NCBI GenBank assembly: GCA_040954595.2
Contig: CM082582.2
Coordinates: forward strand, 1,968,303 to 2,032,302
Source of the DNA: Balanoglossus misakiensis
Taxonomy: Eukaryota; Animalia; Hemichordata
Reading direction: 5' to 3'
Length of the DNA: 64,000 nt
Part shown: positions 54,521 through 64,000 of the stretch, one piece after another
Layout of the letters: each line of letters opens with the position of its first letter
Position numbering within the stretch: the first letter of the stretch is position 1
The notes under the pieces: model-generated
What the model was told of the DNA's origin: nothing
Databases searched by the model: none
The model's input: only the letters and a program-made list of their open reading frames with translations
Translations under genes and position numbers: made by a program

Positions 54521-55967
54521 AATTTTTTTTTAAAAAAATGCAGCAATTTTGAACTTTCGCAAAGTCGAAAAATTGTCATTTTTGGACGATTTTCGTGAGC
54601 CGTGACCTTTGATTTTTTTTAAAAAATGCAGAAATTTTGAACTCTCGAAAAGTCTAAAAATTGTCATTCCTGGACGATTGTCGTTAGCCGTGATTCATGA
54701 TTTTTTTCAAAAAATGCAGAAATTTTGAACTTTCGCAAAGTCGAAAAATTGTCATTTTTGGACGATTTTCGTGAGCCGTGACCTATGATTTTTTTCAAAA
54801 AATGCAGAAATTTTGAACTTTCGAAAAGTCGAAAAATTGTCATTTTTGGACGATTTTCGTGAGCCGTGACCCATGATTTTTTTCAAAAAATGCAGAAATT
54901 TTGAATTTCGCAAAGTCGAAAAATTGTCATTTTTAGACGATTTTCGTGAGCCGTGACCTATGATGTTTTTCAAAAAATGCAGAAATTTTGAATTTCGCAA
55001 AGTCGAAAAATTGTCATTTTTAGACGATTTTCGTGAGCCGTGACCCATGATTTTTTTCAAAAAATGCAGAAATTTTGAACTTTCGAAAAGTCGAAAAATT
55101 GTCATTTTTGGACGATTTTCGTGAGCCGTGACCTATGATTTTTTTTAAAAAATGCAGAAATTTTGAACTTTCGAAAAGTCGAAAAATTGTCATTTTAGAA
55201 CGATTTTCGTGAGTCGTGACCCATGATTTTTTTCAAAAAATGCAGAAATTTTGAACTTTCGAAAAGTCGAAAAATTGTCATTTTTGGACGATTTTCGTGA
55301 GCCGTGACCTATGATTTTTTTTAAAAAATGCAGAAATTTTGAACTTTCGAAACGTTGAAAAATTGTCATTTTAGAACAATTTTCGTGAGTCGTGACCCAT
55401 GATTTTTTTCAAAAAATGCAGAAATTTTGAACTTTCGAAAAGTCGAAAAATTGTCATTTTTGGACGATTTTCGTGAGCCGTGACCTATGATTTTTTTCAC
55501 AAATTGCAGAAATTTTGAAATTTCGAAAAGTCGAAAAATTGTCATTTTTGGACGATTTTCGTGAGCCGTGACCCAAGATTTTTTTCAAAAAATGCAGAAA
55601 TTTTGAATTTCGCAAAGTCGAAAAATTGTCATTTTTAGACGATTTTCGTGAGCCGTGACCTATGACTTTTTTCAAAAAATGCAGAAATTTTGAACTTTCG
55701 CAAAGTCGAAAAATTGTCAATTTTGGACGATTTTCGTTAGCCGTGATTCAAGATTTTTTTCAAAAAATGCAGAAATTTTGAATTTCGAAAAGTCGAAAAA
55801 TTGTCATTTTAGAACGATTTTCTTGAGTCGTTACCCATGATTTTTTTCAAAAAATGCAGAAATTTTGAACTTTCGAAAAGTCGAAAAATTGTCATTTTAG
55901 AACGATTTTCGTGAGTCGTGACCCATGATTTTTTTCAAAAAATGAAGAAATTTTGAACTTTCGAAAA
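54521..55967 (+). repeat. 87-88-bp AT-rich tandem repeat (~16 copies)
   Basis: Unit CAAAAAATGCAGAAATTTTGAACTTTCGCAAAGTCGAAAAATTGTCATTTTTGGACGATTTTCGTGAGCCGTGACCYATGATTTTTTT; GTGAGCC recurs at 54771, 54859, 54946, 55033 and 55121. Confidence 0.95.
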
Positions 55968-55971
55968 CAAT

Positions 55972-56943
55972 CGGGCAGACAAATCCGGACAATCTCGCCG
56001 CCATCGTAGACCTTTAAATGACGCTGTCGATCGAATCGAATACAAGATCCAGGGGAGTCGGTCCATGGGAGAAATCGGCCAGGTGCGAACTTGGCTCGTA
56101 GTCCTTTAAATTCGATTAAAGGGACAAAGTCTCTCTCTCGCTGCCCTTTTTGCCATTAATTATATTTGATAAAAGACAACGTTTGTTATTCTACATGTGG
56201 ATACATAGTGAATGAACATTCAACCACACACAACTTCCATACCTCTTATAGACAGGAGTGTGAAAAAAACTCGCCATAATGAATATTTGTTCTTTACAAT
56301 TTATTCATTTTGGGCGAGGTTTTACTCTTATATCCTACAAACGAGATGGAAGTTGTGTGTGGTCGAATGTTGATTCACCATATATCCACATGTAGAATAA
56401 CATAAACGGCGTCTTGTATCAAACATAATTAATGGAAAAAGGCCAGCGAGAGAGAGACTTTGTCCCTTTAACCGGCTATCCCTTCCAATTTCGGGTGTTT
56501 CACGTCGAGGACGGACTGAAGCAGCTCCACGCGACCACTTTGGAAAGCTCCCCGGTGACCTCATAAGCGGCAGCGCGTCCATCTACGTGATCGTTGAATT
56601 GGAGGCACGGTCCTGAGGGACCTGTCTGAGGTCATGTTTTCTAGAGCGGCTATATATAACTCATGGTGTCCTGATTAAACGGCGGCGACTGTACCACGGT
56701 CACTCCACAAACTGCCTAGGGACAGGGACAGAGCAGCACTGTGGTTTACTGTACACGTAAAATGTGAAGCATACACGAAACATAATTTAAAGGACTTTAA
56801 TTTAAACGATCCTACGAGCCAAGTTCGCACCTGGCCGATTTCTCCCACGGACCGACTCCCCTAGATCTTGTATTCAATTTGATCGACAGCGTCATTCAAA
56901 GGTCTACGATACGTCGGCGAGATTGTCCGGATTTGTCTGCCCG
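55972..56943. mobile_element. Non-autonomous inverted-repeat element (MITE-like) with ~130-bp arms; superfamily unknown
   Basis: 55972-56101 (CGGGCAGACAAATCCGGACAATCTCGCCG...TTGGCTCGTAG) is an imperfect reverse complement of 56812-56943. No transposase ORF and no clear TSD. Confidence 0.8.
56120..56467. mobile_element. 348-bp MITE with TTAA TSD and AGGG...CCCT termini (Kolobok-like), nested in the previous element
   Basis: TTAA(56116-56119)|AGGGACAAAGTCTCTCTCTCGCTG...CAGCGAGAGAGAGACTTTGTCCCT|TTAA(56468-56471), with ~120-bp imperfect TIRs. TTAA with 5'-RR termini fits Kolobok rather than piggyBac (5'-CC/YY). Confidence 0.8.
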
Positions 56944-57229
56944 GGTCGTAGTATAGTAGATACAATCTGTAAACATTGCACTGTGGATAGATAGCCATCT
57001 CATGTGTTTGTTGGATTTATGCACTCCTGTAACGTCCTCATTTACGGGAATTGTGGGATAGCTTCATTTCCGCCGCGAAGAAAAAAATATTTCGCTTTCT
57101 GAAAATATATTTTGTCATGCATGTAAAAGAAATTCGCACGCCGAAACCTGAATTGCGCCCTCATAACAAAAGTTTGCCAGTAGCATTAGAAAGAGCGCCC
57201 CCATAAGTTGTGTTACTAGAAATCAGTAT

Positions 57230-57415
57230 ACACATGATGACTGACAATGAGGGCAACAGTGTATTTTGATGACCGAGGGTGCTGCTAGTCACAACTAAAA
57301 CAGTCTTGTTTTCCCGAGGGCATAGCCCGAGGGAAAACAGACTGTTTTGGTGTGACTGGCAGTCCCGAGGTCATTAAAAATACACTGTTGCCCGAATATG
57401 TCAGCCATCATGTGT
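57230..57415. repeat. Foldback (near full-length imperfect hairpin), probably part of a non-autonomous DNA element
   Basis: ACACATGATGACTGACA..GGGCAACAGTGTATTTT..AAAACAGTC pairs with GACTGTTTT..AAAATACACTGTTGCCC..TGTCAGCCATCATGTGT; centre CCCGAGGGCATAGCCCGAGGG. Confidence 0.8.
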
Positions 57416-57534
57416 TTTATAACACACCAAACCGATCGAACTGATGCCCAAGGCAACAGTTCGAAATGACTAAGGTCACGTAACGTCGTATTGACGAATC
57501 ACGATCGAGGGTTCGCTGCATGGTGTGTTATAAA
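57416..57534. repeat. 119-bp segment bounded by perfect 14-bp inverted repeats, abutting the foldback
   Basis: TTTATAACACACCA (57416-57429) and TGGTGTGTTATAAA (57521-57534). Confidence 0.75.
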
Positions 57535-57540
57535 TTAAAT

Positions 57541-57880
57541 TGATCCCTGTAAAATAAACTTTTCACCCGGGAAAAATAATTTGTTACATTAGTAAATATT
57601 TGTTTTTTCTTAAACAATAAAAACATTTTGTTTTAAAAAGTTAAATAATTCCATCGAGTACATATAATTTTATCTCGAGTGTTTAAAGGTTATTTAAATG
57701 TAAATTAAAATTTAACTCCGTAAAATATTTTCACCTGGGAAAAATAATTTGTTATTTTACAAAATGAACTTTTTCTTTAAAAATTAAAACATACCTTTTT
57801 GAAAAAAAAATCCACGTAGTATGAATAAGTTTATCTCAAGTTGTTACTGTTTATTTTGGACAAAATAAATCCTTATTTAA
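57541..57880. repeat. Two diverged ~165-170-bp AT-rich direct repeats
   Basis: GTAAAATA..TTTTCACCYGGGAAAAATAATTTGTTA at ~57549 and ~57720; TTTATCTCRAG at ~57668 and ~57830. Confidence 0.6.
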
Positions 57881-58118
57881 ATATTATTCTTGGAAAAAAT
57901 AAAATTTGCTTTCGAAAAATAAAATTTGGTTCTCTAAAATAAAATTTGTGATAATTAAAATTAAAGTTTTACTGTCAAAATCAAAAAGTTTTGTCCATCA
58001 AAATTAGTTGCCGCCACCAAAATTAAAGTTTACTACTTGGGAAAAGATATTGTCTATCTAAAATTAAAGTTTAACTTTCAAAATAATAAATTAAAATTGA
58101 CGTGTAGGGGCCACGATA

Positions 58119-61100
58119 AAAATTTGTCATTTTTTGACGATTTTCACCCATGTTTTTTTTTTTTTCAAAAATCGACGAACCCATGTTTTTTTTTCAAAAA
58201 TCGACAATATTTTGAGATTTTGCAAAGTTGAACATTTGTCATTTGTTGATGATTTTCACCCATGTTTTTTTTTTCAAAAATGGACGAACCCATGTTTTTT
58301 TTTTCAAAAATCGACGAATTTTTGAAAATTTTGCAAAGTTGAACATTTGTCATTTGTTGATGATTTTCACCCAAGTTTTTTTTTTTTTAAAATGGACGAA
58401 CCCATGTTTTTTTTTTCAAAAATCGACGAATTTTTCAAAATTTTGCAAAGTCGAAAATTTGTCATTTTTTTGATGATTTCCCCCCCCCCCCACGATTTTT
58501 TTTTCAAAAATTGACGAAATTTTGAGATTTTGCAAAGTCGAAAATTTGTCATTTTTTGATGATTTTTACCCATGATTTTTTTTCAAAAATTGACGAAATT
58601 TTAAGATTTTGCTGTCGAAAATCTGTCATTTTTTTGACGATTTTACCCGTGATTTTTTTCAGAAATCGACGAAATTTTGAGATTTTGCAAAGTCGAAAAT
58701 TTGTCATTTTTTGAAGATTTTCACCCATGTTTTTTTTTCAAAAATCGACGAACCCATGATTTTTTTCAAAATCGACGAAATTTTGAGATTTTGCAAAGTC
58801 GAAAATTTGTCATTTGTTGATGATTTTCATAAGCTATAACCCATTTTTTTTCAAAAATCGACGAATTTTTGAGATTTTGCAAAGTCGAAAATTTTTCATT
58901 TATTGATGATTTTTACCCATGATTTTTTTCAAAAATCGACGAAATTTTGAGATTTTGCAAAGTCGAAAATTTTTCATTTATTGATGATTTTTACCCATGA
59001 TTTTTTTCAAAAATTGACGAAATTTTAAGATTTTGCAGTCGAAAATTTGTCATTTTTTGATGATTTTCCCCTATGATTTTTTTCAGAAATCGATGAAATT
59101 TTGAGATTTTGCAAAGTCGAAACTTTGTCATTTTTGATGATTTTCACCCATTTTTTTTCAAAAATCGACGAAATTTTGAGTTTTTGCAAAGTCGAAAATT
59201 TGTCATTTTTTGAAGATTTTCACCCATGTTTTTTTTTCAAAATCGACGGACTTTTGAGATTTTGCAAAGTCGAAAATTTGTCATTTTTTGATGATTTTCA
59301 CCCATGTTTTTTTTTCGACGAACCCGTTTTTTTTTCCAAAATCGACGATATTTTGAGATTTTGCAAAGTCGAAAATTTGTCATTTTTTATGATTTCCCCC
59401 CCCCACGATTTTTTTTTTCAAAAATCGACGAAAATCTCGAAGTTCTTGCAAAGTCGAAAATTTGTCATTTTTTGATGATTTTTACCCATGATTTTTTTTC
59501 AAAAACTGACGAAATTTTAAGATTTTGCTGTCGAAAATCTGTCATTTTTTTGACGATTTTACCCATGATTTTTTTCAGAAATCGACGAAATTTTGAGATT
59601 TTGCAAAGTCGAAAATTTGTCATTTTTTGAAGATTTTCACCCATGTTTTTTTTTCAAAAATCGACGAACCCATGATTTTTTTCAAAATCGACGAAATTTT
59701 GAGATTTTGCAAAGTCGAAAATTTTTCAATTATTGATGATTTTTACCCATGATTTTTTTCAAAAATCGACGAAATTTTGAGATTTTGCAAAGTCGAAAAT
59801 TTTTCATTTATTGATGATTTTTACCCATGATTTTTTTCAAAAATTGACGAAATTTTAAGATTTTGCAGTCGAAAATTTGTCATTTTTTGATGATTTTCCC
59901 CTATGATTTTTTTCAGAAATCGATGAAATTTTGAGATTTTGCAAAGTCGAAACTTTGTCATTTTTGATGATTTTCACCCATTTTTTTTCAAAAATCGACG
60001 AAATTTTGAGTTTTTGCAAAGTCGAAAATTTGTCATTTTTTGAAGATTTTCACCCATGTTTTTTTTTCAAAATCGACGGACTTTTGAGATTTTGCAAAGT
60101 CGAAAATTTGTCATTTTTTGATGATTTTCACCCATGTTTTGTTTTCGACGAACCCGTTTTTTTTTCCAAAATCGACGATATTTTGAGATTTTGCAAAGTC
60201 GAAAATTTGTCATTTTTTATGATTTCCCCCCCCCACGATTTTTTTTTTCAAAAATCGACGAAAATCTCGAAGTTCTTGCAAAGTCGAAAATTTGTCATTT
60301 TTTGATGATTTTCACCCATGATTTTTTTTTCAAAAATTGACGAAATTTTGAGATTTTGCAAAGTCGAAAATTTGTCATTTTTTGATGATTTTTACCCATG
60401 AATTTTTTTCAAAAATTGACGAAATTTTAAGATTTTGCTGTCGAAAATCTGTCATTTTTTTGACGATTTTACCCATGATTTTTTTCAGAAATCGACGAAA
60501 TTTTGAGATTTTGCAAAGTCGAAAATTTGTCATTTTTTGATGATTTTCACCCATGTTTTGTTTTCGACGAACCCGTTTTTTTTTCCAAAATCGACGATAT
60601 TTTGAGATTTTGCAAAGTCGAAAATTTGTCATTTTTTATGATTTCCCCCCCCCACGATTTTTTTTTTCAAAAATCGACGAAAATCTCGAAGTTCTTGCAA
60701 AGTCGAAAATTTGTCATTTTTTGATGATTTTCACCCATGATTTTTTTTTCAAAAATTGACGAAATTTTGAGATTTTGCAAAGTCGAAAATTTGTCATTTT
60801 TTGATGATTTTTACCCATGAATTTTTTTCAAAAATTGACGAAATTTTAAGATTTTGCTGTCGAAAATCTGTCATTTTTTTGACGATTTTACCCATGATTT
60901 TTTTCAGAAATCGACGAAATTTTGAGATTTTGCAAAGTCGAAAATTTGTCATTTTTTGAAGATTTTCACCCATGTTTTTTTTTCAAAAATCGACGAACCC
61001 ATGATTTTTTTCAAAATCGACGAAATTTTGAGATTTTGCAAAGTCGAAAATTTGTCATTTGTTGATGATTTTCATAAGCTATAACCCATTTTTTTTTCAA

Positions 61101-62041
61101 AAATCGACGAATTTTTGAAAATTTTGCAAAGTCGAAAATTTGTCATTTTTTGATGATTTTCACCCATGATTTTTTTCAAAAATCGACGAAATTTTGAGAT
61201 TTTGCAAAGTCGAAAATTTTTCATTTATTGATGATTTTTACCCATGATTTTTTTCAAAAATTTACGAAATTTTAAGATTTTGCAGTCGAAAATTTGTCAT
61301 TTTTTGATGATTTTCCCCTATGATTTTTTTCAGAAATCGATGAAATTTTGAGATTTTGCAAAGTCGAAACTTTGTCATTTTTGATGATTTTCACCCATTT
61401 TTTTTCAAAAATCGACGAAATTTTGAGTTTTTGCAAAGTCGAAAATTTGTCATTTTTTGAAGATTTTCACCCATGTTTTTTTTTTCAAAATCGACGGACT
61501 TTTGAGATTTTGCAAAGTCGAAAATTTGTCATTTTTTGATGATTTTCACCCATGTTTTTTTTTCGACGAACCCATGTTTTTTTTTCCAAAATCGACGATA
61601 TTTTGAGATTTTGCAAAGTCGAAAATTTGTCATTTTTTTATGATTTCCCCCCCCCCCACGATTTTTTTTTTCAAAAATCGACGAAAATCTCGAAGTTCTT
61701 GCAAAGTCGAAAATTTGTCATTTTTTGATGATTTTCACCCATGATTTTTTTTAAAAATCGACGAACCCACACTTTTTTCAAAATCGACAACATTTTGAGA
61801 TTTTGCAGTCGAAAATTTGTCATTTTTTGATGATTTTCATCCATGGTTTTTTTCAAAAATCGACGAAATTTTGAGATTTTGCAAAGTCAAAAATTTGTCA
61901 TTTTTTGATGATTTTCACCCATGATTTTTTTTTTCAAAAATCGACAAAATTCCCATTTTTTGAAGATTTTCTCCCATGTTTTTTTTCAAAAATCGACGAA
62001 CCCATGATTTTTTTCAAAATCGACGAAATTTTGAGATTTTG
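58119..62041 (+). repeat. AT-rich satellite, 75-78-bp unit with an optional ~29-bp sub-unit, forward orientation
   Basis: Unit AAAATCGACGAAATTTTGAGATTTTGCAAAGTCGAAAATTTGTCATTTTTTGATGATTTTCACCCATGATTTTTTTC; GTCGAAA at 58884, 58962, 59038, 59116 and 59191; extra AAAAATCGACGAACCCATGTTTTTTTC modules. Confidence 0.95.
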
Positions 62042-64000
62042 CAAAATCTCAAAATTTCGTCGATTTTGAAAGAAATCATGGGTTCTTGCAAAATCTCAAA
62101 ATTTCGTCGATTTTGAAAAAAATCATGGGTTCGTTGAATTTTGAAAAAAAAAAACATGGATGAAAATCATCAAAAAATGACAAATTTTCGACTTTGCAAA
62201 ATCTCAAAATTTCGTCGATTTTGGAAAAAATCATGGGTTCGTCGATTTTTGCAAAAAATCATGGGTGAAAATCATCAAAAAATGACAAATTTTCGACTTT
62301 GCAAAATCTCAAAATTTCGTCGAATTTGAAAAAAATCATGGGTTCTTGCAAAATCTCAAAATTTCGTCGATTTTGAAAACAATCATGGGTTCGTTGAATT
62401 GTGAAAAAAAACCTGGATGAAAATCATCAAAAAATGACAAATTTTCGACTTTGCAAAATCTCAAAATTTCGTCGATTTTGAAAAAAAATCATGGGTTCGT
62501 CGATTTTTGAAAAAAAAAAATGGGTGAAAATCATCAAAATGACCAATGTTCGACTTTGCAAATCTCAAAATTTCGTCGATTTTTGAAAAAAAAATCATGG
62601 GCTATAGCTCATGAAAATCATCAACAAATGTCAAATTTTCAACTTTGCGAAATCTCAAAATATCGTCGATTTTTGAAAAAAAACATGGGTTCGTCGATTT
62701 TTGAAAAAAAAATCATGGGCTATAGCTCATGAAAATCATCAACAAATGTCAAATTTTCAACTTTGCGAAATCTCAAAATTTCGTCGATTTTGAAAAAAAT
62801 TATGGGTTCGTCGATTTTTGAAAAAAATCATGGGTGAAAATCATCAAAAAATGACAAATTTTCGACTGCAAAATCCCAAAATTTCGTCGATTTCGAAAAA
62901 AATCATGGGTTCGTCGATTTTTGAAAAAAAAACATGGGTGAAAATCATCAAAAAATTACAAATTTTCGACTGCAAAATCTCAAAATTTGGTCGATTTTTG
63001 AAAAAAATCATGGTGAAAATCATCAAAAAATGACAAATTTTTGATTTTGCAAAATCTCAAAATTTCGTCGATTTTGAAAAAAATTATGGGTTCGTCGATT
63101 TTTGAAAAAAAACATGGGTGAATTTTCGACTTTGCAAAATCTCAAAATTTCGTCGATTTTGAAAAAAATCATGGGTTCGTCAATTTTTGAAAAAAATCAT
63201 GGGTGAAAATCATCAAAAAATGACAAATTTTCGACTGCAAAATCTCAAAATTTCGTCGATTTCGAAAAAAATCATGGGTTCGTCGATATTTGAAAAAAAA
63301 CATGGGTGAATTTTCGACTTTGCAAAATCTCAAAATTTCGTCGATTTTGAAAAAAATTATGGGTTCGTCGATTTTTGAAAAAAAACATGGGTGAAAATCA
63401 TCAAAAAATTACAAATTTTCGACTTTGCAAAATCTTAAAATTTTGTCGATTTTTGAAAAAAAATCATGGGTTCGTCGATTTTTTAGAAAAACATGGGTGA
63501 AAATCATCAAAAATTTACAAATTTTCGACTGCAAAATCTCAAAATTTCGTCGATTTTTGAAAAAAAAATCATGGGTGAAAATCATCAAAAAAATGACAAA
63601 TTTTTGATTTTGCAAAATCTCAAAATTTCGTCGATTTTGAAAAAAAATCACGGGTTCGTCGATTTTTTAAAAAAACATGAGTGAAAACCATCAAAAAATG
63701 ACAAATTTAAGACTGCAAAATCTCAAAATTTCGTCGATTTTGAAAAAAATCATGGGTTCGTTGATTTTTTAAAAAAACATGGGTGAAAATCATCAAAAAT
63801 TTACAAATTTTCGACTGCAAAATCTCAAAATTTCGTCGATTTTTGAAAAAAAAATCATGGGTGAAAATCCTCAAAAAAACGACAAATTTTTGATTTTGCA
63901 AAATTTCAAAATTTCGTCGATTTTGAAAAAAAATCATGGGTTCGTCGATTTTTGAAAAAAAAAATGGGTGAAAATCATCAAAATGACCAATGTTCGACTT
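62042..64000 (-). repeat. Same AT-rich satellite in inverted orientation (runs off window end)
   Basis: Units read CAAAATCTCAAAATTTCGTCGATTTTGAAAAAAATCATGGGT..., the reverse complement of the previous block. Confidence 0.95.

Noticed and set aside
57880-58118. AAAATTAAAGTTT sub-repeats ending in GACGTGTAGGGCCACGATA as a transposon terminus
   Set aside because: No matching opposite terminus or TSD could be identified within the window.
54752-63937. Short F/K-rich ORFs in the AT-rich arrays and the 84-aa ORF at 56328-56582
   Set aside because: They are translations of homopolymer-rich tandem repeats with constant frameshifts. The 84-aa ORF straddles a MITE boundary and has no transposase features.

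Overview
Eukaryotic, probably animal, repeat-rich DNA with no credible host gene. (1) Bases 1-54319 are a tandem array of a 69-bp satellite (~670 monomers). One frame of the monomer lacks a stop, so the long 'MAGCLLTLGSTNIQNADRRKHLL' ORFs are most likely non-coding. (2) The array is interrupted by two near-identical, 5'-truncated ~4.07-kb non-LTR retrotransposons (23641-27707, 29857-33921). Each has a partial L1-type ORF1, an APE-RT-zinc-finger ORF2, a 3' stem-loop, AATAAA, a (TA)n tail and a 10-bp TSD ATCTGTTAAT. They appear to be one insertion later duplicated with its satellite flank. They share an endonuclease frameshift and carry different RT-motif lesions. Most notably, ORF2 has no ATG upstream of its first endonuclease motifs and is in frame with ORF1 across a single TAG in a context resembling the gammaretroviral readthrough signal. 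(3) From 54320 there is an 87-88-bp AT-rich satellite and a cluster of foldback/MITE-like elements, including a TTAA-flanked Kolobok-like MITE nested in another inverted-repeat element. A related 75-78-bp satellite follows and flips orientation at a spacer-less palindrome centred at 62041/62042. All comparisons were made by eye; no database searches were run.
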